Below, in pieces: positions 37,775-52,206 of a stretch of DNA of 64,000 nucleotides. Below the pieces are notes generated by a model. The model made no database searches. It worked only from the letters and a program-made list of their open reading frames with translations, and had not been told where the DNA came from. Source of the stretch: Hypanus sabinus (lineage: Eukaryota); the NCBI RefSeq assembly GCF_030144855.1, contig NC_082714.1:93806001-93870000 (forward strand). The letters run 5' to 3'. Every line of letters starts with the position of its first letter. Within the stretch, counting starts at the first letter, position 1. A program made the translations under genes and the position numbers.

Positions 37775-40100
37775 TTAAAGACAACTAATTTAGCCGAACA
37801 TGTCTCTACCTTAGAATTTATTAGGCTTACCTATAGCCCTCTATTTTACTAAGGTCCATGTACCTATCTAGAATTTTCTTAAAAGACCCCATCGTATCCG
37901 ACTCCACCATCGATGCCGGCAGCCCCTTCTACGCATTCACCACTCTCTGAGTGAAAAACTTACCCCTGACATCTCATCTGTACCTACACCACTCCAGCAC
38001 CTTAAACCTGTGTCCTCTTGAGGCAACAATTTCAGTCCTGGGTAAAAGCTTCTGACTTTCCACACGATCAATAACTCTAATCATCTTATAAACCTCTATA
38101 AGGTCAGCTATTATCTCCGTCGACACAAGGAAGAAAGGCCGAGTTCACTCAACTTCTTCTCATAAGGCATGTTCCCCAATCTTGGCAACATCCTTGTAAA
38201 CCTCCTCTCCACCCTTTCTATGGCTACCACATCTTCAGCTAGTGAGGCGACCAGAACTGAGCACAGTACTCCAAGTGGAGTCTGACCAGGGTGACATTAC
38301 CTCACGGCTCTTAAACTCTATCCCACGGTTGATGTAAGCCCATGCACCGCATGCATTCCTCACCACACAGTCAACCTGCAGTAGCAGACTTGAGTGTCCT
38401 GTGGGCTGAGGCACCAAGATCCCTCTGATTCTCCACAGTGCCAAAGGTCTTACCATTAACACACTATTTTGCCATCATATTTGACCCACCAAAATGAACC
38501 ACATCACACAATCTGGTTTGAACTCAATTTGACACTTCTCAGCCGAGTTTTGCATCCTATCGATGTCCCGCTGGAGCCACTGACAGCCCTCCACACTATC
38601 CATAACATCCCAATCTTTGTGTCATCAGCAAATTGACTAGCTCATCCCTCCACTTCCTCATTCAGGTCACGAAGTGAAGGGGTCCCAGAACAGATCCATG
38701 AGGCACACCGCTGGTCACCGACTTCTATGCAGATTGTGGCCCATCTACAACTACCCCTTGCCTTCTGTGAGTAAGCCAGTTCTGGATCCACAAACCAACA
38801 TTGCTTTGGATCCCATGCCTCCTTACTTTCTTAATAAACACTGCATGGGTTAATTATCAAATGCCTTGCTCAAATCCATATACACTACATCTCCTGCTCT
38901 AACTTCATTATGGTATTTAGTCATGTCCTCAAAATATTCAATTAGGCTCGTGAAACACGACATGCCTTTGGGAAAGAAATGCTGACTACTCCCGGTCATA
39001 TTACGCCTCTCCAAATATTCATAGATCCTGCCTCTAACGATTTTTTTTCCATCAATTTACAAACCATTGAAGTAAGGCTCGGTGGTGTATAATTTCCTGG
39101 GCCATCTCTACTCTGCAAGATCTGCAACCCTCCAATCCTCCAGAAACTCTCCCGTCGATATTGATAATGCAAAGATCAATGCCTTAGGATCAGTAATCTC
39201 TTCCATCGGCCCCCAGAGTAGCCTGGGGTAAATGTCGTCCGGTCCCGGTGACTTAGGCAACCTGATGTTTTCCGAAAGGTCCAGCATATCCTTTTTCTTA
39301 ATGCCCACGTGCTCAACCTTTTCAGTCCGTTGTAAGTCATCCCTGCAATCGTCAAGATCATTTTCTGCAGAGAATACTGAAGCAAAGAATGCATTAAGCA
39401 ACTCGTCTATCTCCACCGGTTCCATTAACACTTTTCCACTGTCATACTTGATTGGTCCTATTCTCTCACGTTTTATCCTCTGGCTCTTACCGTACTTGTA
39501 CAGTGCCTTCAGGTTTGCCACAGCTTTCTCATGGCCCCTTCTGGCTGTCCTAATTTCATTCTTAAGCTTCTTCCTGCTGGCCTTATAATCTGCCATCACT
39601 TAGTTTTTTAACCTTTCCTAATATTTAACAGTAACTCTGGCTGCTCAGCCTCCCTTTTCAGCATATTAGGGATACGCCCAGAATCATCGTGGACCCTGGG
39701 CCCTGCGAAGCGAGCTACCATACATGTTGCATTTTCTCGTCCAGGTATCGCCTATCTATCCTCCCGACCATGGAGTCCCGCATTACTGTTGCTATCCTCT
39801 TCAGTTCCCTACCCTTCTGAGCAACAGGGCCACACTCAGTGCCAGAGGCAAGGCCGCTGTTGTTTCTCCCAGGTAGGTCGTCTCCCTTCAACAGTAATAA
39901 AAATGGAGCACTTATTGCGTATGGGGATTGCCGCAGGGGTGCTCTCCACGATTAGTCGTTCTCCCTTGATCTTGTGACAGTCACTGATTTTTGAGTCTCC
40001 TGTAGCCCTGGGGTAACTACCTCCCCGTAGCTTCTGTCTATCACTACTTCACTTTCAGTAGCAAGCCAAAGGTCCCGCTCCATATCCATAACACGGTCTC
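37775..40100 (-). mobile_element. CR1 LINE, decayed, internally deleted
   Basis: Minus-strand KSPGPDDIYPRLL and EDWRVA motifs (ORF 39108-39599), with 3'-end sequence near 37800. Confidence 0.85.
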
Positions 40101-40589
40101 TAAGGAGCTATATATCGATAGACCTGGCGCAGATGTGGCCATCGGGGAGACAGGGAGTCTCCTGGAAATTTAGAACATATTCCAGTTCAATAAGAAATCG
40201 CTTTTCCAAACAGCATCCTGCATTGTACTGAATCCTCAGGCATTCTCCTATTCCACTGCCCCTTTGTAGGCATGTTGTGTTTTCTTCAAAACTTGCTAGC
40301 CTACTTTTTTTCCGGTGGGATGAGGCGTGAGTGAAGCAGTGAACACAAGCATGGAGCCGATGTGCCGAAGGGCTCTGAGCTTTTACTGCCAACGACATCT
40401 TCCCCTGTAGACATGTTTGGCTCCAACGCGTACCAATTTGGGGAGGAAATGGATCTTGTTAGTCATATGGTACGTGCTGAGGAGGCATTCCGTGGGTGAG
40501 CTCTGTGGGTTACAGTAGCCGCTCGCCACGCCATCCTCTCGAAAAACTTTTGGACTTGCAAGGGGCGGCAGCGCAGAGAAGAAACGGTA

Positions 40590-43500
40590 CTTGTTTTTCT
40601 ATCTTTTTACTAAGTTTTTTCAGAAGTAAATGAATAATAATCATAGTAGTATAAAGAGAGTAGGATTACATTGTTGGTAATTAACATAGGAAAAAAGCTA
40701 TAAATAGCACCAATATAATTGACGTCCCAAACCACTGATACCCAAAATATAAAAAAAAATAATAAGATTGAAAAAAACCAAATTGAAATCGAAAAAAAAA
40801 ATCTAAACTAAACTAAACCAGACTAATACAAAACTAAACCAGGCTGGGCTATTCAATTACATCAAATAAAATCTTTAATGTCGTTAACTCCGCTCCTCTA
40901 CTCAAGCCAATGAATAAAATAAATGAATCGGAAAAGCTCAGATATTTTTCTATGAAAGTGTTGAATAAAAGGCTTCCAAGTTTCATCAAATTTAACCTAG
41001 GGGTCAAATGTACCACTTCTATATATTTCTTTCTAAATTTAAACACGATATGGCTTGGGAGAACCATTGAGATGTGGTTGGAGAATTAATCTCTTTCCAG
41101 TTCAATAGAATAGAACTTGTAGCCATTAAGATAGCAAATGCCATCATCCGCCGAGCTGCAGAGGGCAAAGCAATCATTGGTAAGGCAAAAATTGCAGTAA
41201 TTGGATTAGTTTGTGAATCCATATGTAAAATTGTAGAGAATATATGAAAAAATATCTTTCGAAAACTCTTTTAAAGGAAGGCAAGACAAAAACATATGAG
41301 TCAAAGAGGCTACCTTAGAATGACATCTTTCGCAGATCGGATTTATATGAGAATAAAATCGAGCTAACTTATCTTTGGACATATGTGCCTTACGTAGCAC
41401 ATTTAAATTGAATCTACGTATGATCAGCACATATAAAAGAAAAATTAACTAATTGTACAATTTTCTCCCATTTCACTATTGGTACAGAAGGTTGAAGTTC
41501 TTTCTCCCATTCATTTTTAATTTTATCAGATATATCTTGCCGTATATTCATAATCATACCATAAATGATTGCTGTTAAACCCTTTTAATAAGGATTTAAG
41601 CCTAAACTTTTTTCCATGATATCAGTTGAATATGAAATCGGAAAGGTCGTTATCATCGTATTTACAAAAACTCTAATCTGTAAATATCTAAAAAAATGGT
41701 ATTTGGGCATTTTTTTTTATTCGACAACTGTTCAAAAGACATGAAGCAGTTATCCAAAAATAAATCACGAAAACATATTATGTGCTTCATTTTCCAAACC
41801 ATAAAGGCTTGATCCATGACAGAGGGTTGAAAGAAAAAAATCTATATAATAGGACTTGATAAAATAAATTTATTCAAGCCATACAATTTATGAAACTGAA
41901 ACCATATTCGTAATGTATGTTTAATTGTAGGATTAACTATTTGTTTATTCAATTCAGAGAGAACCCAAGGGAAGCGAAATCCCTAAGATAGAAGCCAATG
42001 AAAACCCTTTTGCCGAATTGCGTTCAAGATTTACCCAATGGGGACTAACATTCAAATCCACTGAAGCAGATTTCAATTGACTAAGTAATAGTTTACCAGA
42101 TTTATCGCCATGTATATAGAAATGACTCATAGTCTTAATTAACTGATTATAAATAGATGATATTAAAAGTAAACTGTCCTTCATTTGTATTTCGACCCTT
42201 TTTTTAATAAAGCTCCTCACTAGGAGCGATAGAGTATATCTTGGCAATTGCTTTAAGCTTACCAACCAACATACCAATCTCTTTATTAATTTGTTTCTTC
42301 AGTCCAGCAGAATATGAGATAATCTGACCACGGATGTATGATTTAAAGGTATCCCATAGAACCCCGCTGCAGATTTCATCCTTAAAGTTTGTTGAAAAGA
42401 AAAAAATCAGTCTGATCCTTAATGAAATTCACAAAGTCCGTGTCTTGAAGTAGCACAGAATTGAGTCGCCATTGTCCTAAACTGGAAGGCATATCCATTA
42501 GTTTGCTGGAAAATTTCAGGTGCGCAATGTCCGAGACGACAAAGGAATCATAGTTAAAGTCAGTAACAGATGGAATTAAACGAGAGTCAATAAAAAAGTA
42601 GTCAATTCTAGAATAACTATGGTAAACATGGGAAAAGAATGAAAACTCTTTTTCCTTTGGGTGTAGAAACCTCAAAATTTCTGTAATTTCACAATTAGGT
42701 ATAAAGGAGTTAATAACGGTAGCCGATTTATTCGTAAGTGCCTGATTAGATTTAGATCTATCCATTGAAGGGTTTAAAGAACAATTTAAATCTCCCCCCC
42801 TCATTATCAACGTATAATCGTTTATCTTCGGAAGGGATGTGAACAAATGTTAGACAAATTGAGTATAGTCAATATTCGGAGCATAAACATTGACCATCAC
42901 CACCTTTCTATTATAGACTAAATCAGTAAATTAACAAAAATCTACCATTCGGATCCGAAGTTGTATCATAGTGAACAAATGAAATAAAATAATCCAGAAA
43001 TATAGAAACTCCTCTCACTTTAGCTTGGGAATTCGAATGACACTGTTAACCCTACCAAACCCTAAAAACTCGCTGATTATCCTCTTTCTTCACATGAGTT
43101 TCCTCTATAAAAATTATATCAGCATTCAGTCTGCGGAATATCTTGTTTATTATATGTTTGCTCTCATTTTTTAAACCGTTTTGTATTCCACGAGAAAAAA
43201 TTGATAACCTTATCCATCATAGAAAAACCAGTAATATGGTCCGTAAAGGTTTAGTAAAACACACTCATGAACTCGGGAGAGGGAAAAAGGTTGAAAGAGG
43301 AACTGGAAGTTACGAGAAATCGGACATTTTAGTAGTTTCGAATTAACCCAGTTAGAAAATTCTAATCTAAAAAGAAAGTGACACCCTCCCCCTCCCCAAA
43401 AGACCCAGAAAAAAGCCAGTGATTAGCGAAGAGATAAACAAAAACTAAATCTACCCCCATCTCTCCTGATGGCAGCCCAAACGATAAATGTTGATAAGAA

Positions 43501-44170
43501 AAGCTACCCATAATCCAGGAAAGATATGACATAAATTACCAAAAAAGCAAAAAAAAAAAAATGCGATTTAAAGAAAAGGATTAAATCGTAGAGCAGAGTA
43601 CGAAGATACAAATATTGCAATGTAGCGAAAAGAAACAGTGATTCCTGTTGATCGTTTTCACGCATAAACAATTGAAAATGCTGCAGCAAGATAATGAAGT
43701 CTTATGGGAAGAAGAAAACAGGACAACATCTTAAAGTGTATAAAAAAACGAGGACAAGTGTAACTTCGTTCAAAAAGAAAGGAACACCAAACCCTTTAGT
43801 AAATAATTTCAAAAAATATTAAAAATAGGATCCCTGAAAGGAACAGAGAGATTAAACTAAAAATACTAATGATATCAAAATTACAAACCAAACAGTTGAA
43901 AATAACACAGTAAAAAATAAGGTCGTATGAGAAGAGCAGAACTACATCTTGAAATGTAAAAATAAGATCGAATTTATAACTAAAATTAGCAAGACTTTGA
44001 TAAAAATAGCAAAATCATAAAAGGAGACAGAAAAGTTAATCTCGAAGTGCAAAAAACACAGACAGTACAACCCAAGAAAGGGAACCCTCTCATTCTAACT
44101 GACCTGATCGCTTAACAATTTAAGTAAAAACCAGAAAAAAAAAACGGAAGACAAAATAGTCCTTCGCTGA
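40590..44170 (-). mobile_element. L1/Tx1-clade LINE, decayed, RT domain apparently deleted
   Basis: APE motifs GGDLNC, FSFFSHVYHSYSRIDYF and SDIAH (42382-42846), and a C-terminal CERC...HMF zinc knuckle (41206-41430). No RT motifs lie between them. Confidence 0.82.
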
Positions 44171-44179
44171 GGAAGGTTG

Positions 44180-47100
44180 CAGATCGTCGAATTTGCTCCT
44201 GCATTCAATCATGGCTGATTCCTTTATAATCTCCTCCTCAATCCCAGTTCCCGGCCTTCTGCACGTAATCGTTAATATCATATCCAATCAAAAACGTGTC
44301 AATCTCTGTCTTAAATACACCCAACGACCCGGCCTCAACAGCGCATATCGCAACAAATTGCACAAATTCAGCACCCTTTGTCAAACGAAATTTTCCCGAT
44401 TCTCTGTTTTCAAAGAGCACCCCTCTGTTCTGAGGCTGTGCCCCCTTTTCCTTGATTCTTCCACAATGGGAAGCATCCTTTCCACTATGTCCAGGCCTTT
44501 GAACACTCAAACGGTTTCAATGAAATCCCTCCTCATACTTCTACATTCCAGCGAGTACAGACCCAGAGCCATTAAACCTTCCTCGCATGATAACCAGTTC
44601 ATCCCTGGAATCATCATTGTGAATCTACTCTTGATCATCTCCAATGCCAGAACATCCTTTTAAGATGAAGGGCCCAAAATTGTTTGCAATACTCAAGGTG
44701 AGACCTCACCATTGCCTTATAAAGACTCAGCATTACATCCTTGTTCTTGTATTCCAGACCTCTTGAAATGATTGCCAACGTGGCATTTGCCTTCCTCATC
44801 ACCGACTTAAACTGAAAGATAATCTTCAGGATGTTCTGCACAAGGATTCCGAAGTCCCTTTGCATCTCAGCTTCCTTGATTTTCTTCCCGTTTAGAAAAT
44901 AGGCCACACCTTTATTCCTACTACCAAAGTGCATGGCCATGCATTTTCCAACATTGTATTTCCGACCCCTGCTGAACACTACTAGTCACTGACTTTCTAG
45001 TCATCCATAAAATGATGGTTTTATTCCCACTCGTTGCTTCCTACCAAGTAGCCAATGCTCTAACCAAGTTAGTAACTGTCCTGTAATACCATGAGCTCTT
45101 AAGTTGTTCAGCAGCGTCATGTATGCCACGTTGTCAAATGCCTTCTGAAAGTCCAAATATATAACATCCACTGCATCCCCCTTACCCTACTTGTAATCTT
45201 AAAGAATTTAAACAGGTTCGTCAGGTAGGATTTTCCCCGAAGGAAATGATGTTGATTTTGTACTATGTTGTCCTCTGTCACCAAGTAGTCCATCATCTCA
45301 TCCTGAACAATTGACTTTGACATCTTCCCAGACACTGAGGTCAGGCTAATTGGTCGAAAATTTCCTTTCTGCTGCCTTCCTCCTTTGTTAAAGAGTGGAG
45401 TAAGATCTGAAATTTTACAGTCGTCTGATGCCATGCCAGAGTCCAATTATTTGTGAAAGATCATATCTCATGCCACCACTGTCTCTAACGCTACCACTTT
45501 CAGACCACAAGGGTGCAATTCCTCTGGCCCAGGTCACTTCTGTACATTTAGCACCTTCTTTCTTCCTTCACACACCACGGCATCACGCACGCTTCTAGTG
45601 TTTTCTATCGTGAAGACTGACGCAAAGTATTCATTTAATTGATCAGCCATCTCCTTGTCACCCGTTGAGATTTCTCCCACCTCATTTTCTGGCAGTCCTG
45701 TATCCGCCCTCATATCTCTTTTATTTTTAATATATTTGTAAAAAAACTTTTACTATCCACGTTGATATTATTTGCCAGCTTGTTTTCATATTACATATTT
45801 TCCCTTCCAATGATTTTATAGTTGCTCTCTGTAGGTTTTGTGAAACTTCCCAATCCTTTATTTTCCCATTAATCTTGCATTGTTGTTTTCCCTTTCTTTT
45901 GCTTTAACAATAACTTTGAATTTCCTTGTCAGCCGTGGTTGCACGATTCTATAATTTGAGTATTTCTTCATTTTTGTAATAAAATGTCCCGCACCTTCCT
46001 AATTTCCCCTAGAAACACACGTTTTTGCTGCTCCACTGGCATGTTTGTCAGCAGCTTCTTCTTGCTTACTTTGGCCAACTCCTCTCCAATACAACAGTAG
46101 TTTCTGTTACTTCACTGATATATTGCTACGTCTTTCTCTCTAGCAAATTTCAAGTTGAACACAATTATGTTGTGATGACTGTATCCTCAGGGATGTTATA
46201 CTTTAAGCTCCCTATCGTCTCCGGTTCGTTACTAACGCCCAAGCCAGTGTAGCTGATCCCCTGGTAGGCTCAATGAGAAACTGCTCTGAAAAACTCTATC
46301 TTAAGCATTCAACAAATTCAGTCACTTCAGATTCATTACCATTCATTACCATCCTGATTTTCCCAATCGACCTGCATGTTAAACTCTGCCGTAACTACTA
46401 TATTCTTGCCTTTACTACTTCCTCTTGCAACGTGTGGTCCAGCTCCCAGCTTCTGTTGGGACGTCTGTATATAAGTGCCACCAATGTCCTTTTGCACTTG
46501 CAGTTTCATAACTTCATTCACAATGATTCAACATCTTCCAATCATAGGTCACATCTAACTGCAGCTCACACCAACCCCTCTACTTACTTTCCTATCCCTC
46601 CAATATAACGTGTAACCTTGGACATTTATCTCCCAACTACAACCATCCTTCAGCCACGATCAACTGATGGCCACAACATCATACCGACAAACAGTAATAT
46701 TTCAAGTAGATCATCCAACTTATTCAATATATTACGCCCATTTTGATACAACACCTTAAGTCCGCAATTGCTATCATTTCTGATCTGCATCCCTAATGAT
46801 TTGATACTCTGCCTGCTGGCTGCAACGAAGCCGCATCACCTGCGTGCCCTTCCTGACAATCTGACTGCACACTATCTTCATTCTTCTACTATCCGTCCTG
46901 TTTTGAGTCCCTTCACAACGGTTCCCACCAATCTGCCAAGTTATTTTAAACCCTCTCCAACAGCCCTAACAATCCGATCCGCCAGAATATTGGTCACCCT
47001 CGGCTTCAGGTGCAACGCATCTATTTTGAGCCGGTCATAACTCCCCCAGAAAAGATCCCAATTATCCAAGAACCTGAAGCCCTGCCCACTGCATGAGCTT

Positions 47101-47660
47101 CTCGCCAAGTACTTATCTGCCAAATAGTCCTGCTTTTACCCTCACTGGCGCGTGGCAAAGGTGGCAATCCAAAAATAACTACTCCGGCGGTCCTGCCTTT
47201 TAGCTTTCCAGCTAGCTCTCTAAACTTACTTTTCAGTACCTCATTTCCTTTCGTTCCCATGAAATTGGTACCAATATTTACCAAGAAATCTGGCAGCGCT
47301 CTCTCTCTCTCTCTCTCTCGAACATCCCTAACACTGGCATCTTGGAGTCAACATACCATCCGGGTGTCCCGTCCAAGTCTACAGAATCTCCTGTCCTCCT
47401 CTCTCTATTGAGTTCCTTATCATTACGGCTCCTTTCTTCTCTCTCTTTGTCTCTTTCCTTTCTGGGCCACGGACACATGCTCCGTGCCTGTAACCCGGTC
47501 GCCGTGAAAATATCTCAGGTGTTCATCCTCCACAAAATGATACAAAGCGGTATACTTGTTTTTGAGGGAAATGCTCTGCTCGAACTGCCCATTTCCATTT
47601 ATCCTGATAGTTACGCAGCTACTCGCCTCCTGCAACTTCGGGGTGATCAATTCCCTGTAA
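44180..47660 (-). mobile_element. Old CR1 LINE carried within the duplicated IgL unit (copy 2)
   Basis: RT, APE and ORF1 motif fragments (RPISLTSVSGK, FWGSYDRLKIDALHL). Colinear with 28500-32070. Confidence 0.88.
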
Positions 47661-49597
47661 CTTTGATCAATTCTATCCTCAGTCTCCTCATATAAAGGAA
47701 GGGCTTTCAGAACACCCGGGGAACAGGGATAAAAAAACGTGATCGTCGAATCATTTGGTGATCTCATGGTAATGGTGTCATAACTTACGGAATGGAACGA
47801 TTGGCAAACAGCGGACGCGGTGAATGTTGATTATCAGCAGACCGCCTGTGAAGGGATTCGCAAGAGTTGCTGAAAAAATAAATCAATTTGTTCATAGTGT
47901 ATATCCAAACACTTGGTCAAGGGAACGAAATATAATATTAGTATGGTTGTTGATTATCAGTATTAGCAGGGCACTGCAGAATGACTGAGTTGATGTTCAC
48001 AGAGCAAGACAGGCAGGGATGCAAAATACTGAATGAAATGTGGAAAACGTACGGTCATGTGCAGTGAAATATTCTAAATTGGAGTCTCTTTCATTGGCGA
48101 AAGGGTTATATCATGCGTACAAAGTTATGCTGAAGTTCATTGCCAATTAACCATACACATGAACACAAAGGAACCACACTTCTGTTGAGGCCAAGGTGAA
48201 AAACAGAGTAGATAAAGACATGCCCATTAGATATAGTAACGATCCAACACATGTCGTCCGAAAATAGATATTACCACAAGTCTCTGAGAGGCATGGCCCG
48301 AAGATAGACCGGCTGACATAAAGTGCGAAGTGAATGCTTATGTAAGGCGAAATAATGGTTATGTATTCATCTATTTATGCACGCATATACCTATTTATTT
48401 GTTTGTTTGTATTTGCACAGACTTATTTGGCACATTTGCTGCTTCTTCGTCTTAGTGGTTAGCTTTTCATTGCTTCCATTGTATTCATTTATATGTACTG
48501 TGAATGCCCGCAAGTCAATGAAACTCAGGGTTCTTCAGTTCATGATGCGTTACCGCACTTTGACAGTGAATTTATTTTGAGCTTTAAATTTTATAAGCCT
48601 AAGCCTGGGACCACGGTCTAATTAATAAGGCTCAATTTAATCAATCCAGTGGTTTCTGAACAGTGGTGCCCCCCCCCCACCCCCCCGATGTTGATAGCGA
48701 CTGAAGATCATGGAACGTCACGGGCTGGCGGTCAGAACCTTTACTGTTAACAGGGTCCATTGCTGGAACTAACGTAATCAGACTGATGTTTGGACCCACC
48801 AGCCTTGTCTGACTATTTCCGGAGTCTTGTTACATGCCTCAATATCTTACTGTCGGAAAATGGGGTTTCAGATGAAAGTCCTCTGAAGTAAACGGCGACT
48901 GTCCAGTTCCCGGGATAGATGCTACCTGGCCCGTTCAGTTCTTCCAGCTATTTCTTAGTTGCTCCAGATTTCACCATCTGCAGTCGGTGCAATTATTCTT
49001 GAAGATCCGCAATTCCCACCTAACGATACCCGGAAGATTCACTGCCGAGAGGAGCACCCCTCATGCCCTGCTGCGTTGATTGCTTTCCACTGTAACTTGC
49101 TTGCACAATTTCTGACCCGAATGTCTGACGTTACATGAAATTCTGCTCGGCTCGCCGAACAGTCTATAGAGTAAAACACACTTGTCGGTTCCGAGTTGAG
49201 TATTTTAGTGATAAACCTTATTCTCTCACAAGCAAAGCAACGACATGCTTTCTGCAGGAATGACAGATTCTCAGATAGGAACCGATGAATTGTCAAGGTA
49301 ATTCGGGGATGGCATAGAGATTTTATAGAAATTTAATGTGATATTGTAAAGTTTTGTTCTCATCAGCCATTCTGAGCTGAGACAACGGGCCAAGTGGCAC
49401 CGCCACCCACACCGATTGTTCCGGAGGGAAGCAGTCGAAACAATGTCTAAACTAAATATAGCCTGAGTATTCTCCAAAGTTCTATACGCCTGCATATGTG
49501 ATACAACTGAAGGTGAAACAATCGTGAAATTAGGGATTAGGTTTTAAAAATCAGCAAGCTGGCCAGTCAAATTTTCGGAAGGTCAGCAAGTCAATCT

Positions 49598-49638
49598 CCG
49601 CCCACATTTTTTCCCCGTCACCGCCCACTCATTTACAT
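49598..49638 (+). promoter_or_regulatory. IgL promoter, copy 2: two CCGCCCAC boxes + ATTTACAT
   Basis: CCGCCCAC at 49598-49605 and 49621-49628, ATTTACAT at 49631-49638. Confidence 0.55.
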
Positions 49639-49718
49639 CCAAATTAATAAATGAACCCGAACACCCCGGTTTATAGACTCTGAAACCAGAGCGGTTTTTG
49701 AAATTTGCAGAACAGCGC

Positions 49719-52206
49719 ATGGTTCGGTCGGAATTTTTCGGCTCTCGATGTCTGCGGGTTCTGCTGGCCCATTTAACAGGTGAGAATCGGATTAGTTCAC
49801 GCACGGATTATCCCTTAAAATTGGGATTACTGCTGATTGTTATTTCCCTCCACATCACCCAGTGGTTTTATTGTGTTTCATTGCAGATATCCACGTGTCC
49901 CCAGTGTTCAGTCAGACCCCAATGGATGGACCTGTTTCCGCTCAGAGCGTCGGTGAAAGAACGGTAATGTTGGAAGTTACTACCTGAACTGGTACCGACA
50001 GTGTCCAGGGGAGAGACAGGAATGGGTGTTAGAACATTACCCAACCAATAATATATTCCGAGGGACAGGGATCACAGACCGTTTCCAACCGTCCAGAGAC
50101 ACCTCCAGCAACAGTCACATCCTGACCGTTTGGAGCCCCGGGATTCCGCTGTCTATTATTGTGAAACGTGGGAGAATGGATTGACCTGCGGTCCAGGCAC
50201 GATGCTGTATATTAAGAGTAAGTGACTCCCTCATTCAGTTCAAAACATTTTCTACTACAGCCGCTCTCGGTGCCCACAGCTGGATAAAGTCCCGTCCAGG
50301 GGAGAGTTGTCATATATCTACACTGTGGGTAGTTCCATCTTTCTCAGTCTGGCACAAGAGACCATTCAGCCCACCGAGTCAGACCAAGCAATCAATTTGA
50401 TGATCTCTTGATTTGTGGATTTTTTTCCGTTGGACAATTTTTATCTACTTCAGTCGGTGTAGCAGAATTCAATACTTTCTGACCTCACTCCTCTTTAACA
50501 CAATTAGTCCTGTGAATTGTATGATTGGTATTGGTTTATTTTTGCCGCTTTTCACAAGATGCAATGAAAAATTTTCTTGCATACTGTCCATAAAGATTAC
50601 GTGATGACAGTGCATTGTGTTAAACACAGCTTAATGCAGAATTAAATGTAACAGTCACACAAGAAGTCCAGTGCAGGTAGATGAGTTGCAGGATCATAAG
50701 GAGGTCGATTGTGAGTTCAATCGTGCATCTTATCCTACCAGAGAACAATTCAATAGTATATTATAGCGCCCCCGCTATGATGTCAAATGAAACCAATCCC
50801 TGTGGTCTACACATACCCCATATCCATCCATTCTCATCATACTCATGTCTCGGTCTAACAGATTCTTAAACGACCCGACCCTATCTGCCTCCTCCAGCTC
50901 ATGCATCCATCACTTTGCTTAAAAAGTAAAAATTCACTGGACTTCTTTAAATGTTTCTCCTCTCGGCTGAGATTTCTTCCCTGGGAACAATCCTGATTGT
51001 CCATCCTATCGCTATTTTACATATTGTCTTGAATAATGTTCACACCTAATTCGGGGAAAATATCGTTACCACAAGCATGACATCTATCCTTCCCTCTTCA
51101 TTCACCCCCTCTGAGAACATGTTTGTCGCGAATATTCCATAATTTTTTTAGGGTGCGGTAAATCCTGGACCACAGGGCAGAATGTTCAGCACTTCAAGTT
51201 AACGCAATTCATTTCTCATGAAGAACCGCGTCATTATGAGTTTCGATAACACAGGAGAAAAACATCAGATGAAAAATAATACACACAAGGATAATTTGTT
51301 GGGCAGACAACAGACTGGCCACACAGTCGAGCGGCAACAGGCGGGTTAGTACGGGTTTGGAATGCAGTCTGGTTCTGAACGAGACCTTTTGCGTTTTCCC
51401 TCTTCCCACCCGCTCACAGACCAGCTATTTTTTCCGTCATTTCTTCTTCAGCCACAGAGTACCAAGACTTGGATATTCACTGAGCTTTCCCGACGCGGGA
51501 CATCCCAATGATGCAATATTCTCAGTTATTGTCCTAAGAGATCAAGGTTTGGAATTATTGGAGAACAACAAGGAACTGGTCGCAATAGAGGAATCAAACA
51601 TATGGAACAATGTGGGGATTTAGCGAAGAGATTGAGTAGTGTTGATGCTATCTTTTAACACAATGCAGTGCTGAGAGCAGAGTGGATACAAAAATATTTT
51701 AAAAAATAAATTATGTCACGTCCTAGCCACAAAAGGCTGTGAATAATCCCTGAAACTCTTCACTCGGAGGCTTGTACCCGAGGGCTAAAAATATCCCGTA
51801 TACTAGGCCACAATGCCTATGCTCTTTTCGTTCTGGTGTTTCTATCTTTAAACAGTCCATGAAATAATATTGTTTCTCTTCCCCTCATTCTCTCACACAG
51901 GTAGTGAGTCCCGGGAGCCATCAGTTCTCCTGCTCCCTCACTCTCCGTTCGGCAACTCTCTCCTGTCTGGTGAGTGGTTTTAAGCCGGGCATGGTAGCGC
52001 TGCGCTGTGATGGAGTCGAGACGGAGAGCCGGGTAACGACTGGCGCCGTGGCCCTGGACACCGACCAGACCTACAGGCTGAGCAGTTACCTGCGGGTACT
52101 CACCACTGTCTGGAACAAGGGCTCGAGCTATTCCTGCAGCGTGAGTCACAGCTCGCTGAGCTCGCCGCTGCGCAACACCATCTCTTCGTCCGCCTGTGGG
52201 CAGTGA
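49719..52206 (+). pseudogene. Immunoglobulin light chain pseudogene, germline-joined VJ, type I/sigma-cart-like (copy 2)
   Basis: Exons 49719-49779, 49887-50217 and 51901-52206 with intact splice sites. Relative to copy 1 it has deletions of 39, 16, 7, 17 and about 6 nt. First V Cys TGT>CGT (49948), TGA at 49954-49956, J Phe>Cys (50187), and the C-domain Trp is lost. Confidence 0.93.
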
